DNA of 63,750 nt, filler included, from Olpidium bornovanus S191 (taxonomy: Eukaryota; Fungi; Olpidiomycota): NCBI GenBank assembly GCA_017911155.1. It is 27 parts of 27 records of this genome, joined end to end, with 100 filler letters (N's around TTAATTAATTAA, not from the genome) between each part and the next. Parts side by side here need not be neighbours in the genome. Positions count along the whole stretch, not along the records: positions 1 to 4,500 come from JAEFCI010002460.1; positions 4,601 to 7,454 come from JAEFCI010001689.1; positions 7,555 to 10,123 come from JAEFCI010002832.1; positions 10,224 to 14,062 come from JAEFCI010005508.1; 23 more parts are not named here. One strand, 5' to 3'. Under the pieces are notes generated by a model. It ran no database searches. It was given only the letters and a program-made list of their open reading frames with translations, and was not told the origin of the DNA. Below, one piece after another: positions 1 through 11,746 of the stretch; within the stretch, counting starts at the first letter, position 1; the number at the start of each line of letters is the position of its first letter. Made by a program: the position numbers and the translations under genes.

Positions 1-273
1 CATGTGCGTGGTGTGTTTCTAAATCATTTTGTTTAATCACAAAACGGGGTGCCGCCGTCGCAAACGTCAACGCAAACGCTTTTGTTGAGAAGACGCTCCA
101 GCTTTTCCCTTTCGCCGAACCCAGCCTCGCAAACAAACGAGAAGAAAGACGCAGCCTGCAAATGGACGCCGTGGTCGCGTACAGATCCCAGTCAACCAGC
201 ACCAAAAAAATCATATCGCGTATCAATTTCCGATTTCCTTCTCGGGTTCCGACGCACTTGAATCTCTCAGCTG

Positions 274-2546
274 TCAATCGACGGCATCCTCGTCTTCGCC
301 GTCTTCCGGTTGCTCGTCGCTCTCCTCTCCGTCCTGCGGCTCGCCTTCACGAAAACCTTTGTTCGACACTGACGTGGCGCTGGGGTCATCTTCGTTGCCT
401 GTCTCTTCGGCGTCCCCAATGTGTTCGCCCTCCGATTCTTCGTCCTCAGCAACTTCTTGCGGGGCTTCGCCTTCCGATCCCTCGTTCTCCGCGGCATTTG
501 ACTCGTCTTGCGGAGTGGCCACCCCGCCGGAATTTCGTTCCTCTTCCTCGGCCGCAGCACACGTGCCCTCGTTCGTTTCTTCGTCGTCATATCCTTCTTC
601 TTCTTCCTCGTACCCGCCTGCTTCGCCTTCCCCTTCCGCCTCCTCGTCCTCCTCGTCGTCTTCTTCGTTGTCTGTGTTCTCGATATCTTCAGATTCAGCG
701 TCATCACTGTCGTAACGGCGCACAGATCGCTTTCGCCTTCCGGTGTTGGGCGTTGTCCGTCCGCCTATCGCGGTTTCTTCACCACCCTCCGCCACAACCT
801 CCTCCTCTAGTCCATGGCCGTCGTCTTCGTCTAGAGTGCCGACTGCCCCTTCCTCAATCTTCCCGTCGGCCTCGACATCGCTGCCGTCTTCTTCGGCTTG
901 TTCCGCGACTTCCTCGCCCTCGCTGTCGTAGTCGGTCTCGTACTCCTCGGCGACTTCCTCCATCTCAATCGGAACGAACTCGTCATCCTCTTCGTCTTCC
1001 TCCTCCTCGGAGTCGACCATGTGCTCGTCCAGAATTCCGTCCGGCGCAATCGATGCCGCAGCCGGCATCCGATGCGGATCGTCAAGCCTGTACTTCCTGA
1101 TGTACGCGTCAATGGGCTCGAATTCCTTGTAGTCGATCATTTCGAATGTCACCTCTTTCAACGGATCACCGGGGATAGAATTCGGTTCGGCACTTGCGGC
1201 CGCCGCGAAGGGGTATTGTCCCGCCACCCGTACGACAAGATTAAACGTCCGGGAAGTGACGCCGGAAACGCAGACTCCTCGTACGGCGTCGTGCGGGATG
1301 AAAAAAACCGGCTTCTTAAACCCGTAAAACAAGCCGCGGGGGAGAAAAAAAAGCCTGCCATCTCTCGCGCCAAGAAACGCCGTGACATATGGTGCCGCCG
1401 ATGCACTGCCGTTGGCAAAATTGGAAGCCTTGAAACAATCCTTGGTGGGCTCGTCCCAGAACTGCTGCTTCCCGCCTCTGCGCTTGACGTTGCCAAAAAT
1501 GTAATCGACCACGACTTCTCGAACGGACCGGTGCCCGTAGCCAGACACTTCCAAGTTGCCGTCGATCCCAACCCTGTTCACAATCACCCCGTCGGGAGTG
1601 TCGGGGAAGGCAAACACCACTGGATCGGACGCCGGGTTCCGCAGAATGAGAGCAACTGCCCAATGGCGTTTCTGTTTATCGGGAAGCTCGACGCAAACCG
1701 CCCGCTCCACGTCTTCCATCAAAACAGTAAGCTCCACCGCCCGCAAGCCGCCTTTTGAATTGACGAGATATATTTTTGAGGCGCCCAACTCAACGTCCAG
1801 ACGCTTTCGAGGGTTAATGAACTGGGTGGGTGAGGGGGGGGGGGAGGGTTGGGAGGAGGGAGAGTTACAATAAGCCAACGAGCAATGATGGCACCGCCAA
1901 AACTCCAAGAACACGTCCGACGCAAACGCAGAGCACGACGTACGGACAGCTCCTTAATCGTATACACGACGTCTTCGTTTTCGCCAGTTCCATCCGAGCC
2001 AACGTCGCTTTCGCCGCGCTCCAATTTTCTCCGTTTCGCGGACGGCTGGCCACCGTCGCGAGACACCAGGTGCCAGACGATACGTTCTAGTGCCGGGCCG
2101 ACATCGCTGATTCCGCGAGAATGGGGAATGGGAATGAGAATGGGAATGGGGCGATGATCATAAGCGACGGCGCGGCGGGCCAGACGATCCGGAAAGCGCC
2201 GGCAGCCTCCAGCCACTGCCAGCCGCGGCCGCAGCGGGCGGGCTAACCGTACTTACGGGTGAACTGCAAGCAGGCGTTCCGCCAACACGCGGACCTCCGG
2301 CGCCCCGTCCAGGTGGGTCAGGAAGCCGGCGGCGCCCGACGCCGAGCCCTCAAACCTGGCAGGGTCTGCGGCGGCAAAGTCCGCGCGTTTTTTCCGGGAG
2401 ACGGCGGGCGCGGCGGCAGCGGCGACGGCCTGAGAGATTACCACTTCGCCGCCGGCGATCTCGTGCGCATCACGCTGAGCGGTGCGGCGGGGCGGCATCT
2501 GTCGGGCGGCGGAGTTCGACGGCGCTGCCAACGCGGACGGGATCAT
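274..2546 (-). CDS. RTT106: Histone chaperone Rtt106 (double-PH core, long acidic C-terminal tail); 3 exons approx. 2546-2257, 2106-1944, 1821-274
   Basis: Motifs AFLGARDGRLFFLPRGLFYGFKKPVFF, TSRTFNLVV, FEMIDYKEFEPIDAYI and EEVAEEYETDY match the Rtt106 family. Introns 2107-2256 (GTAAGT..CAG) and 1822-1943 (GTACGT..CAG) keep the frame. Start codon uncertain (2546 or 2498). Confidence 0.85.
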
Positions 2547-4181
2547 TTGGGGGCGTTTCGGGTGGCCGAGGCGTTCTGCGGGTCGTGGGGCGTGGGAGGG
2601 ATGGTGAGGGGAGGTTGGCGGGAGAACAAGGGAGTCACGTGCGTACGGTGACGATTGGGCCAAACAAGCAGCAGACAGAATGCGCCGCATCAAAAGGATT
2701 GATGCATCCGGCAAACATTGGACCGCACACACACACACACGCACACCCGGCGCACTCGTCCCGCCGCACACCCCGCCACCGCCACGCCCCGGCCCCTCGG
2801 CAGAATGGAGGCGGGAGCCCCTTCTTCCCGCAACAGTCTCGCCCGGCTTCGCGCGGCAAAACCAAGGAACGTTTCCCGTCCGCGGGGTGGCCGGGACTGG
2901 AATTTTGGCATGACACGCCTCACAGTACACAGCCTATCCCCCTCCACATCTTGGGTCTGTCTTAAAAGGTATGCACAGGTATGCATCCAGACATCCCGGT
3001 ATTTTCCCACAGGGGCGCCTGTGTTTGGAAAACCCTTGTAGAGATCTGGGTGTGCCAATCCAAGATGTTTTTAAAAGTCTATTTCCCGAGACATCTGCAG
3101 CAGATCGTGGCCCCCAACTAATCACAAAGGTATCTGCAAGTGACTCGGCCGTCTCGGCAGAGTTTCGGCCGCCAAGAAAAAGAGGGAGAGGGAGAGAGAG
3201 AAAGAAAGACAACGTGCAGCAGCAGGCGTCCAAAAAAAAAAAAAAAAAGAAAAAGTAAAGAAAAACAAAAAATGACAAAAAGGCCACCAGTCTGCGAATT
3301 TCGAAATCGCAAACCCCACGCAATCTGGGAATCCCGCAAATATGTAAACGATCTTAACGATGGCAGCAAGGACTGGCGACAATCACAGCGACCGGGGGCA
3401 CGGTTGCAGCAAAGTCCGCGCGGCAACGACAGTCTCATGGCGGTACCGAAGACGGCGGTGACGAAGACGGATTGACGGCAACGCCGCGACAGCATCGATT
3501 ATGTTCAAGCCCTTTTAGTGGTATAAATAATAATTCTTATTACCAAAAAAGAGGTACGGAATTAGATAGAATCTATCTGCACTATACTATTTAGTAGAAC
3601 ACTATTAACATACAATTTCTGACTGAATAAGTATTGAAATGAATCAATAACAATTACATTTAAATAAGATGCAATGTCCTTTAATGATGAACCTAGGTGA
3701 CCATAATAACAATGGGACCATTACAGACTTAAACTAACGCACGACGCACACAATGCGCAACCTACGCCGGCGGCCGTCAAAAGAAAAAAAAAAGGAGGGA
3801 GAAACATAGATAGAAAAAAAAAGAAAAAAAAAATAATGTACACCAGCAGCCTTCCAAAAAATGCACATTGGCGACCGTCCTGCCTCGTTTTATCATAGCC
3901 GCCGTCGTGAACGTGCCGTGCGGTCCTCGTTGTCGCCGTCGTGCTGCAATAATCCGGTGCTAGTCCTTGCCGGCCTGCGCACGCTACTGAGAAACGCGTC
4001 GACGCTTGCCCAACTCCCGTCTTTTGGAGAAGAGGCGAGGGGCGGTGGGGTGGGGGGGGGGAAGTAAAATGCGAGAAGGCCCTTTCCCGATACTGTACAG
4101 TATATTACTTTATGTATGGTCGGCCGGCTGCTGCTGGTGTTGCTGTTGGCAGCGAATTTGCGTTAACGCGTACGCGCGAAT

Positions 4182-4460
4182 GAGGAGGAGGAGGGGGAGG
4201 ACGAGGAGGAGGAGGACGAGGAGGAGGAGGACGAGGAGAAGGAGGACGAGAAGAAGGAGGACGAAGAGGAGAAAGGGAAGGAGGAGGAGTAGGGGGTGGC
4301 TTGGCGGCGGCGGCGGGTGTGTGCGTGTGCGTGTTGTTTGTTGTTGTTGTTGCTGGTTGTTGTTGGTTGTTGTTGGTTGTTGTTGGTTGTTGTTGGTTGT
4401 TGTTGGTTGTTGTTGGTTGTTGTTTGTTGTTGTTGTTTGTTGTTGTTGTTTGTGTTGTTC
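4182..4460. repeat. Microsatellite block: (GAG/GAC)n followed by (GTT/TGT)n, near the contig end
   Basis: Directly visible trinucleotide runs. Confidence 0.9.
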
Positions 4461-4500
4461 GTTGCGGGGGTGGCGCCGGCGGGGTGCGGGCGGGGGGTGC

Positions 4501-4600
4501 NNNNNNNNNNNNNNNNNNNNNNNNNNNNNNNNNNNNNNNNNNNNTTAATTAATTAANNNNNNNNNNNNNNNNNNNNNNNNNNNNNNNNNNNNNNNNNNNN
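4501..4600. other. Artificial contig spacer N44-TTAATTAATTAA-N44 (first of 26; the others start at 7455, 10124, 14063, 16322, 17465, 18760, 20798, 24913, 26435, 28696, 30064, 31775, 33158, 37105, 39127, 41151, 42673, 44544, 45824, 50393, 54223, 55433, 56800, 58449, 62643)
   Basis: Identical 100-bp structure each time. The palindromic 12-mer places a stop codon in all six frames, as expected of a concatenation linker. Confidence 0.98.
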
Positions 4601-4872
4601 ACTTCCATGAACGCGCTTCCAGCCTGATTTTTCTTTTTTTCGTTGCTTTGAATTTTGTTTACACTTTTTATCCCATTTCCTCTTAATTTTTTTTTTCCTC
4701 TGTTGTTTCTACGTGGGGTTTTTTTTTTGTTTTTAGTATTTCTTTGCTTGCCCTTCCTCCGTCATCCGCCTTTCGGCTCTTTCTTATCCACTTTATTACG
4801 TCGGGTGCTCTGCTCTCTCTTTAGCGGTGATCCGGCTAGGAATGGGCTTCTTTCACCGGCACCGGACTGACC

Positions 4873-5939
4873 TTGTTCCCCGTGAATTATCATAACCCGT
4901 ACCCGGATGAATTATCCAGGTTGTTGTCGCATCCCAGGCGAACCAGGCCTACCGAATTCTCACTGCGAACCCCAAGGTCCCGCGGGACACACCGCAGCTG
5001 CATGCATTGCGCAGCTTTGAATATGAAAAGACTTCTGTCTTCACGCACACAGACTCGACCTTGCTGCCCCGCGATCGCGGTACGTGGAGGTCAATCAACA
5101 TCGCGGTGTCAGCGGAACGGAGCAGCGGGAAAAAGGAGGAAACTGGTGAGGGGAAAGGGTTCCGGAACCAGCCGATGGCGTCGATCTGGATGAATCACAT
5201 GCAAAACCACTTCAGCGGAACCGAGGACGTGTTCCAGGTGAGGAGTCAGGTTGTCTGGCGTTAACGAGTGTTGTAATGTTCATCCGCCTATATTTGAAAA
5301 TAATAGAGGTTCTCACTTTTCCTTGTACGATTCATTCACATTGTTTGTGACATCCATTTGAAATTACGCCAGACTGTCAACCCGCTCGTCTTTCCAGATC
5401 CGGCGTCCACTTTGACGAGCTCTTGGTTCGAACGCGTGATAGTGACGAACAAGTCGATGGCGGGGTTAAACGATCTGGATCTTGAGCAAGGGACAAACAA
5501 CATCTGGTTTGTGGGGTCGTATGCGTACCCCGGCATTCCACTGCTGGAGGGCTGCGCGGTCTCTGCCAAGAGAGTGGCTGAAGCGCTTGGCGCGCCAGCG
5601 CCGTGGGAGGCCGCGACAGGCAGGCGGAGGAATAAGTACGGCCTGGGCGACGGGCAGGTGCGAGGCAAACTACGCGAGACATATTTCTCCGTCGGGGTCC
5701 GGGAGGACAAGCAAGGCCCGGCATTTTGCGGGAGGGCGTTCGACATCGTGTTGAAGACCACAGGGCCGCTGCTTTGCCGGTGCCCGGCACCGCTGTGGAT
5801 GGCCCTGAACGGTACCTGGATCGCCGTCATCGCGGCTTTCATATGGTCTTCGTCCCTCCTCTGCGCGGTCATCGCCCGCGTCTCGGCAATCCGGGACGAG
5901 GCCGGGACGAAGTCTAAACTGAAGGTGAAAATCTGCTGA
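4873..5939 (+). CDS. FAD/NAD(P)-binding oxidoreductase of the COG2907 / amine-oxidase-like family, C-terminal part with hydrophobic tail; 5' partial
   Basis: FEYEKTSVFTHTDSTLLPRDRGTWRSIN, MASIWMNHMQ, VFQ|TVNP, FERVIV and QGTNNIWFVGSYAYPGIPLLEGCAVSAKRVAEALGAPAPW. Intron 5238-5372 (GTGAGG..CAG) is in frame. Confidence 0.75.
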
Positions 5940-6540
5940 TAGAAAAAGCTCCGAACCCTCTCTTCCCCTGTAATTACTATTTTCCCGCCTTTATTTCTTT
6001 TTTCTTATTTTTTTTTTTCTTATTTATACCCCTTTGCCACCGGCTTTTTGGCCTGGCCCTGCTGCTTTGCCCTTTTTCGTCATTCCGCACGCACGTACGA
6101 GGTTTTGGGGTTTGGCGAGATGCCGGAAATGCCACGTGAACGCTCACGTCAGATGACCGCCGGGAATTTCGAACCCCGGCTCAGCGCGCGCGTAGTGCCG
6201 TGTTCGCATGTTGCGTGTGCAAGCCGCAGAGCTCACCGACTGGAAATCAGGATGGACGAGGTGGAGGGATCAATCAGCGGGTAACGGATCAGAACGCCCG
6301 GGTACCGGAACTTGAAATTCCTGCCAGACGCTGCAGCGCACAAAAACTTTCGCCTGCCGCATTTTCGCATTCCGTAATTATGCAGCTGACAGATGAAAAT
6401 CAGCAGCAAATCTGCGGCCTATTCAAAACCAAAATACAACTGCCGTCCACAACTTGTTATACTGCAGGAGGATGGGTGGTGGAGATCGGGGGAGAGGAGC
6501 AAAAAGCACACCGCCGCAAGCAACAAGCAGCCATTTGATT

Positions 6541-6665
6541 TAGAAGTTTCTGTGGAAATAAAATAAGTCACAGTAGAACTTGCTGTGGAAAATAAGATGG
6601 CAGATGTAGAAGTTGCTGTTGGAAAGAAAAAATTACACTAGATGCTGTTGTTGGAAATAAGAATG
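6541..6665. repeat. Degenerate approx. 33-bp tandem repeat, 4 copies
   Basis: Unit TAGAA(G/C)TTGCTGT(T)GGAAA..AAG starts at 6541, 6574, 6607 and 6639. Confidence 0.7.
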
Positions 6666-7558
6666 GAGTGCACAAACCGAATTACATACTAATAATATTG
6701 GTTTCCCAAGTACTTACCCGTGAGATTGAACCTTTTGTGCAACACAACGTTGTCAAAACCATAAATTTGAAACAATACTTCCAAGTCCTTTGCTGAATTC
6801 GAAAAATTTGGGAAGAGGTGGAAAGGCCACCAAAAAAGGATTCGCGCGATTCAGGGATTTTCCGAGAGGGAGGGCTGGAGGCCGCCTTTGAAAAACCTTG
6901 GGCGGGCGCAAGGACGACCGACGCGGCCGAAGGACCAACGACTCTCCGTCGTCCCCCTCTTAACGGATTCAGCACCCCGAGAGGAAGCCATACGGAGGTG
7001 TTGAGGAAACATGGAACCGTCAGAGAGAAAGTAAAAAAGTAATAAAGGCTGATAGAAAAAAAGTAATAAAGGCCGCGAGGCGGGCGAACCCGCACCCGCG
7101 GCCACTACCAAAAATTGTTCGGTCCATTCATCCCGAAGGTGATGGTCCCAGGCCCCGTCAGCCGGTGTGCAAATGGCAACGAGCCCCAGGAAACACGCCG
7201 CCTGGGTGATCACGACACGTCCCCGAAAGGTAAGTATGAGGAAAAAAATTTTCAGGCCGGGGCACCGCCGCCTTTTATACCCCGGCGGGGGGGACCCCTC
7301 ACCCACCCCCCCGCCGCACCGCACCGCAGGCGCACCCGCACCTCCGGTTCTCCCGGCCGTCCCGTTTTGTCCCGTTACGTCCCGCTTCCGCCCCCTTCCC
7401 CCTTTCCGTCCCCCCCCCCCCCCCTTTCCCCTTTCCCCCCCCGCGCCCCGCGCCNNNNNNNNNNNNNNNNNNNNNNNNNNNNNNNNNNNNNNNNNNNNTT
7501 AATTAATTAANNNNNNNNNNNNNNNNNNNNNNNNNNNNNNNNNNNNNNNNNNNNCTCC

Positions 7559-7596
<38 letters not shown>

Positions 7597-7671
7597 CCCC
7601 CCGCCCCCCCCCCCCCCCCCGCCCCCGGGGGGGCAACCCCGAAAACCCCCAAAGTTTTTCCAACCTGGGGG

Positions 7672-7705
<34 letters not shown>

Positions 7706-7716
7706 AAAACACCAAC

Positions 7717-9899
7717 CTCTTCGATCTTCCGCTTGGTACTCGCTCGCTTCGGCGTTTTTGAAAACTTCTTTTCAGACGAGACGTCCTTTCCCGCAACCGG
7801 GGTCTTGCCGGGCTCCGCGTCTTCGCTTTCTTCCACCTCCTTGAACAGGGGGTTGTCAAAGAATACGGCGGCGTCCCGGGAAAGTTTCCCGGGCGTTTCC
7901 CCTTTTCGACGAACGGTCGCTGCGGCGGGCGCATCGCTCGCGTCGCCTTCGGAATCGCTGTTCTCGTCGGGCGCGTGTCGTTCGCTCGCCATGTCGTCGT
8001 CGCCGCTCTCTTCGTCACTGGAGCTTCCGTCGCCTCCGGCATTTTGGCCCGCGCCGCCGGAAAATCCGTGCCATTCCTCCGCGTCCTCGGCGCGGGACTG
8101 ACGGGCGCGGTACTTGGCGTCTCTGTTGCTGAGACGCTCCTTGTAATCCGCGTAGCTTGTGGTCCGCGTAACCAAATCAGCTGTCATCAAATTTTTCCCG
8201 GCGGCAAGGTGCCAACCGCTGGCGACGCGAACTCACCAGGCGTCCAACTCGGCGTCCAGCTCGTCCAAACGGTCCGCGTCGGACTCGGCCGCAGAACTTT
8301 CGTTGTCCTCGTCATCGGCCGGCGCGCCCGCCGCATCGCCGACCGCCTTTTCCAGCATCGCACGCTCATCGTCCATGTCCTCTTCGTCCGCAAAGTTGGT
8401 CCCCCGCTTCCTGCGGGCCCGGTCGATGTCGAAAAGGTTCTCGTTGGAAATGTCATCGAGCGTGCCCCCTGCGGGCGACTGCTCCACGCCGATTTCGGTC
8501 GGAATCGTCATGTTCAGCTGCATCCGCACGAGCTCCTTGGCGCGCCGCTCGTTTGCTTTCCGTTTCGCGCGCTTCTGGCGCGTCTGCTCTTCCTTGGACA
8601 ATCGCTCGAGCTGCCGGGCGTGAAAACCGGAAAGGAGTTTACGACGCATGCAAGGGGGCCCGACGGAGATAAGCCTCGCCGCCCAATTCGCACCTCCTCA
8701 TCCAGGTCCACCACCTCCTCCTCCTCCTTCTCGTGCTTGACGTCCGCGCCGGCGTCGACGGGTTTCTTCGGGTTCAGCGCCTCGCGAGCCGCGACGCGCC
8801 ATCTCAGAAGGAGTTTGAAGTCCTTCTTCCCGAGAACCTTCAGGTCTTTGACGCACTCGCGAACCTCGGCCGTGGTTTCCGGCATGGCGCCCAGCAGCTG
8901 CGAGTCCGGGGTGTCGTCGAAAGCCAACGCGTTCACCGTGCCGAGGAAAGTGGTCGGTTCGGGGCTCTTCACGAACTCCACGACCGGACGGGTCTTGTAA
9001 AGAATGTAATCTCCGTCGTCGTAACCGTCGCGGTGCCGGGTCGTTTTTTCCGGGTGGAAGACGTCCACGGGTTTCATGACCGAGGCGGTCGGCTCGAGGT
9101 CCTGGAAGACGTGCTTCGGGTCCAGAAACTTGGGATCGATGCGCTTGGGCGCGGTGAAGTCGCGACAGACGACAAATATCTCCGCGGACACGTTACGCGA
9201 CGAGGCCGGCTTCGTGGCCTCGACCTTGCCAAAAAGCTGGTTGAACACCCACATGAGGTTGTTGTAGTCCTTGGAGCGGAACACCTTGGTCACGAAACAG
9301 CCTGGCGTTCGAGCACGCGGTCAGGGTGGGTGCGCGCGCGGCTATGCCCACCGGTGACAAATGTTCTTCGAGAGAGAGGGGAAAAAAAACACTCGCCTCC
9401 TTTATCCAAGAACTCCACAGCAAGCTTCAGAGAGCTCAACACAAGTTCCGACTGGGAATACGCATCGTGGACCCACGCGGCACCGACGTTCGGTGCACCG
9501 TCGTGAAGAACACTGGCCCGACAGGGGGGAAAACCCCAAGGAAAAGAGGGAGGGGAAAAGAGAAAAGTTGAGATGCCGCCTTGCGGCCGACGCCTCCGGA
9601 AGAAAAGGAGAAAACGTACACGTCTGCCTTCCAAGTCTTCAAGTCTTGTCTGAGCACGGCGCGACACTTGTCCGTCGTGATGTCTTCCTTGTGCGTGATG
9701 ACATTCGGAATCGGCTTGATGGGAACAAGGTCGACGCCTGCAATTTCGGGGGAAAAACCCGCGTCGACGACAACACGCTTAGCCCCTCCCTCCCCGTCAC
9801 TTTCGCGACGCCCTTTTTCGAGGGCGCGTAACCGCGCGGCACAGCAAAATACCGATGATGAGCGACTTCGCCGGCATGCACTTCGCGGCGACTTGCAAC
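7717..9899 (-). CDS. SPB1: rRNA 2'-O-methyltransferase Spb1/FTSJ3, internal part; exons 9899-9853, 9737-9620, 9512-9397, 9301-8694, 8610-8237, 8155-7717
   Basis: Spliced product [126 protein letters not shown] is the Spb1 FtsJ domain, followed by the [13 protein letters not shown] motif. Confidence 0.95.
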
Positions 9900-10298
9900 C
9901 TGGAGGCCCGCGGAAGGCAGCAGGACTTGTTAAGCGCGCCCAGCAGAGAATACTTTTTTTTTTTTTTGACCGGCGGCGCGGAGCGCGACACCCCCCGACG
10001 CTCGTGTTTTCAGCAAAGCTGCGGCGGGCTGCGGCGGGCGGGAGGCGAGGCGAGGCGAGGCGGGGAAGGGGGGGGGGGGGGGGGCGCCCCCCCCCGGGGG
10101 GGGGGGGGGGGGGCGCGCCCCCCNNNNNNNNNNNNNNNNNNNNNNNNNNNNNNNNNNNNNNNNNNNNTTAATTAATTAANNNNNNNNNNNNNNNNNNNNN
10201 NNNNNNNNNNNNNNNNNNNNNNNCAAAAAACAAAAAAAAGAAAAAGAAAAAGCTCTAATACCTCTTTTCTCCCTCTTCTCGGCGACGGTCGAGGGGAG

Positions 10299-10344
<46 letters not shown>

Positions 10345-10372
10345 ACCCACCGCCGCTCTGGGCCTCCTCGCC

Positions 10373-11746
10373 ATGAGCGACACAGAACGTGTGTTTCCCG
10401 CCCCCGCCTTGCTCGCACGCGCCGGCCCACTGGGGGCCCCTTCCCGTTTGGCCTCTTTCTTTTCTTTTTTTCATGTCCTCGTTCTTTTTCGCCCCCTTCT
10501 TCCCCCCCCTCTTTCCCCGGGCGAAAGCTCCCTGACGAGCGTCTCAACAACTTTCCGCCCTACCCGATAACAAGGCGAGCCGGGCGACGACGAGCTTTCG
10601 CTGCCAAAAGGTAACCAGGGCAGGGCCCTTGTTTTTGCTTTTTATTTTTTTTTTTTTTGTCCGCCCCCGCCCGACCGACGTCGGCCGCAGTTCAAGAAAC
10701 CGCTTGGTTTGCAGGAGGGCGGCTGACTGGGGGAGACCCTGCACGGCCACGCGGGGGCCAACTTGCGGCGCGCGCGCCGGACGCGTTTCCGCGCTTCAAC
10801 AGCCACCACCCAGAAGCTCATCCAAGAGTTCCTGCCCAGCGATATTACGTGTCCGAAAGAGACCAGGGACCTGATCGTGGAATGCTGCGTTGGTAGGGGG
10901 CTGACCTCCGCCTCCCCTCACCCCCTTCTTTTTTGTGTTTTCGGAGCGTAAAAAACCTGCCTTGGCGATATTCGCGACCGCGACGGAGGGCCGCGAGTGT
11001 GTTGCTGAGTGTTCTGGGCGGGCGTCCGCCCCCGCCGCGCCTTATTAACTCCTTTTTTTCCTCCTAATTATTCTAGAATTCATTCATCTGGTATCGTCTG
11101 AAGCCAACGAGATATGCGAAAGGGATTCCAAAAAGACTATCGCCGCCGAGCACATCGTCGCCGCGTTGAACGTGAGTTTCCCAGACTCCCTGCCCATCAC
11201 GTCTCTGCGTCTTATCTTTCTTTTTTTTTGTTTTGTGTTGTCCCCATGCTGAGTTTCGCCCCGGGCGGAAACGCGCGATTTCCGGCATCCGCAATTAATC
11301 CTACGCGGAGCGCCCCGTCGGCGATTGCTTACCATTTTGGATTACGTCTTGGGCCATACGCGCAGGCGCTCGACTTCGACAGCTACGTGGACGAAGTCTC
11401 CGCGCTGAACGAGGAACACAAGCTGTCAGTCAAGGTATCATCGTCTTTCCTGTCGGGTCTCACAACGATTCTTCCCCCCCCCCCTCCTCCCCCTCCCTTC
11501 CGCCGGTTTGGCGGGCTGTCCACGCCGCGCACGTTCGCGCCCTTTGTCTGTTTTCTGGTCTGACGAACGGCCCGCGGGGTTGGTGTGGGCGGCGGGCGGG
11601 ATCCCTTATATCAGCACGAGCGCGCGCGGAGAAGATCAACAAGGGCGGAAGGTTCCGGAATGACGCAAGAGCAGCTTCTGGAGCTTCAGGAGGCGCTCAC
11701 CGCGAAAGCGAGGGAGCAGATGAAGCGAACGATGCCGGCGCCGTGA
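10373..11746 (+). CDS. NCB2: Negative cofactor 2 beta subunit (Dr1/Ncb2), histone fold; complete, 6 exons
   Basis: Spliced: MSDTEREPGDDELSLPKATTQKLIQEFLPSDITCPKETRDLIVECCVEFIHLVSSEANEICERDSKKTIAAEHIVAALNALDFDSYVDEV..SGMTQEQLLELQEALTAKAREQM. Confidence 0.92.

Noticed and set aside
162-1758. Long plus-strand ORFs (162-1100, 898-1758); likewise 7975-9000, 30528-31415, 59596-60885, 61537-62568
   Set aside because: Antisense shadows of real GC-rich genes (RTT106, SPB1, HSP90 and the coiled-coil protein).
2934-3495. Possible small Cys-rich secreted protein on the minus strand (PCGKIPGCLDAYLCIPFKTDPRC)
   Set aside because: I could not build a consistent spliced model or a convincing signal peptide.
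4545-4556. Regularly recurring TTAATTAATTAA, superficially like a repeat array or CRISPR
   Set aside because: Always centred in a 100-bp N spacer. It is a concatenation linker and not biological.
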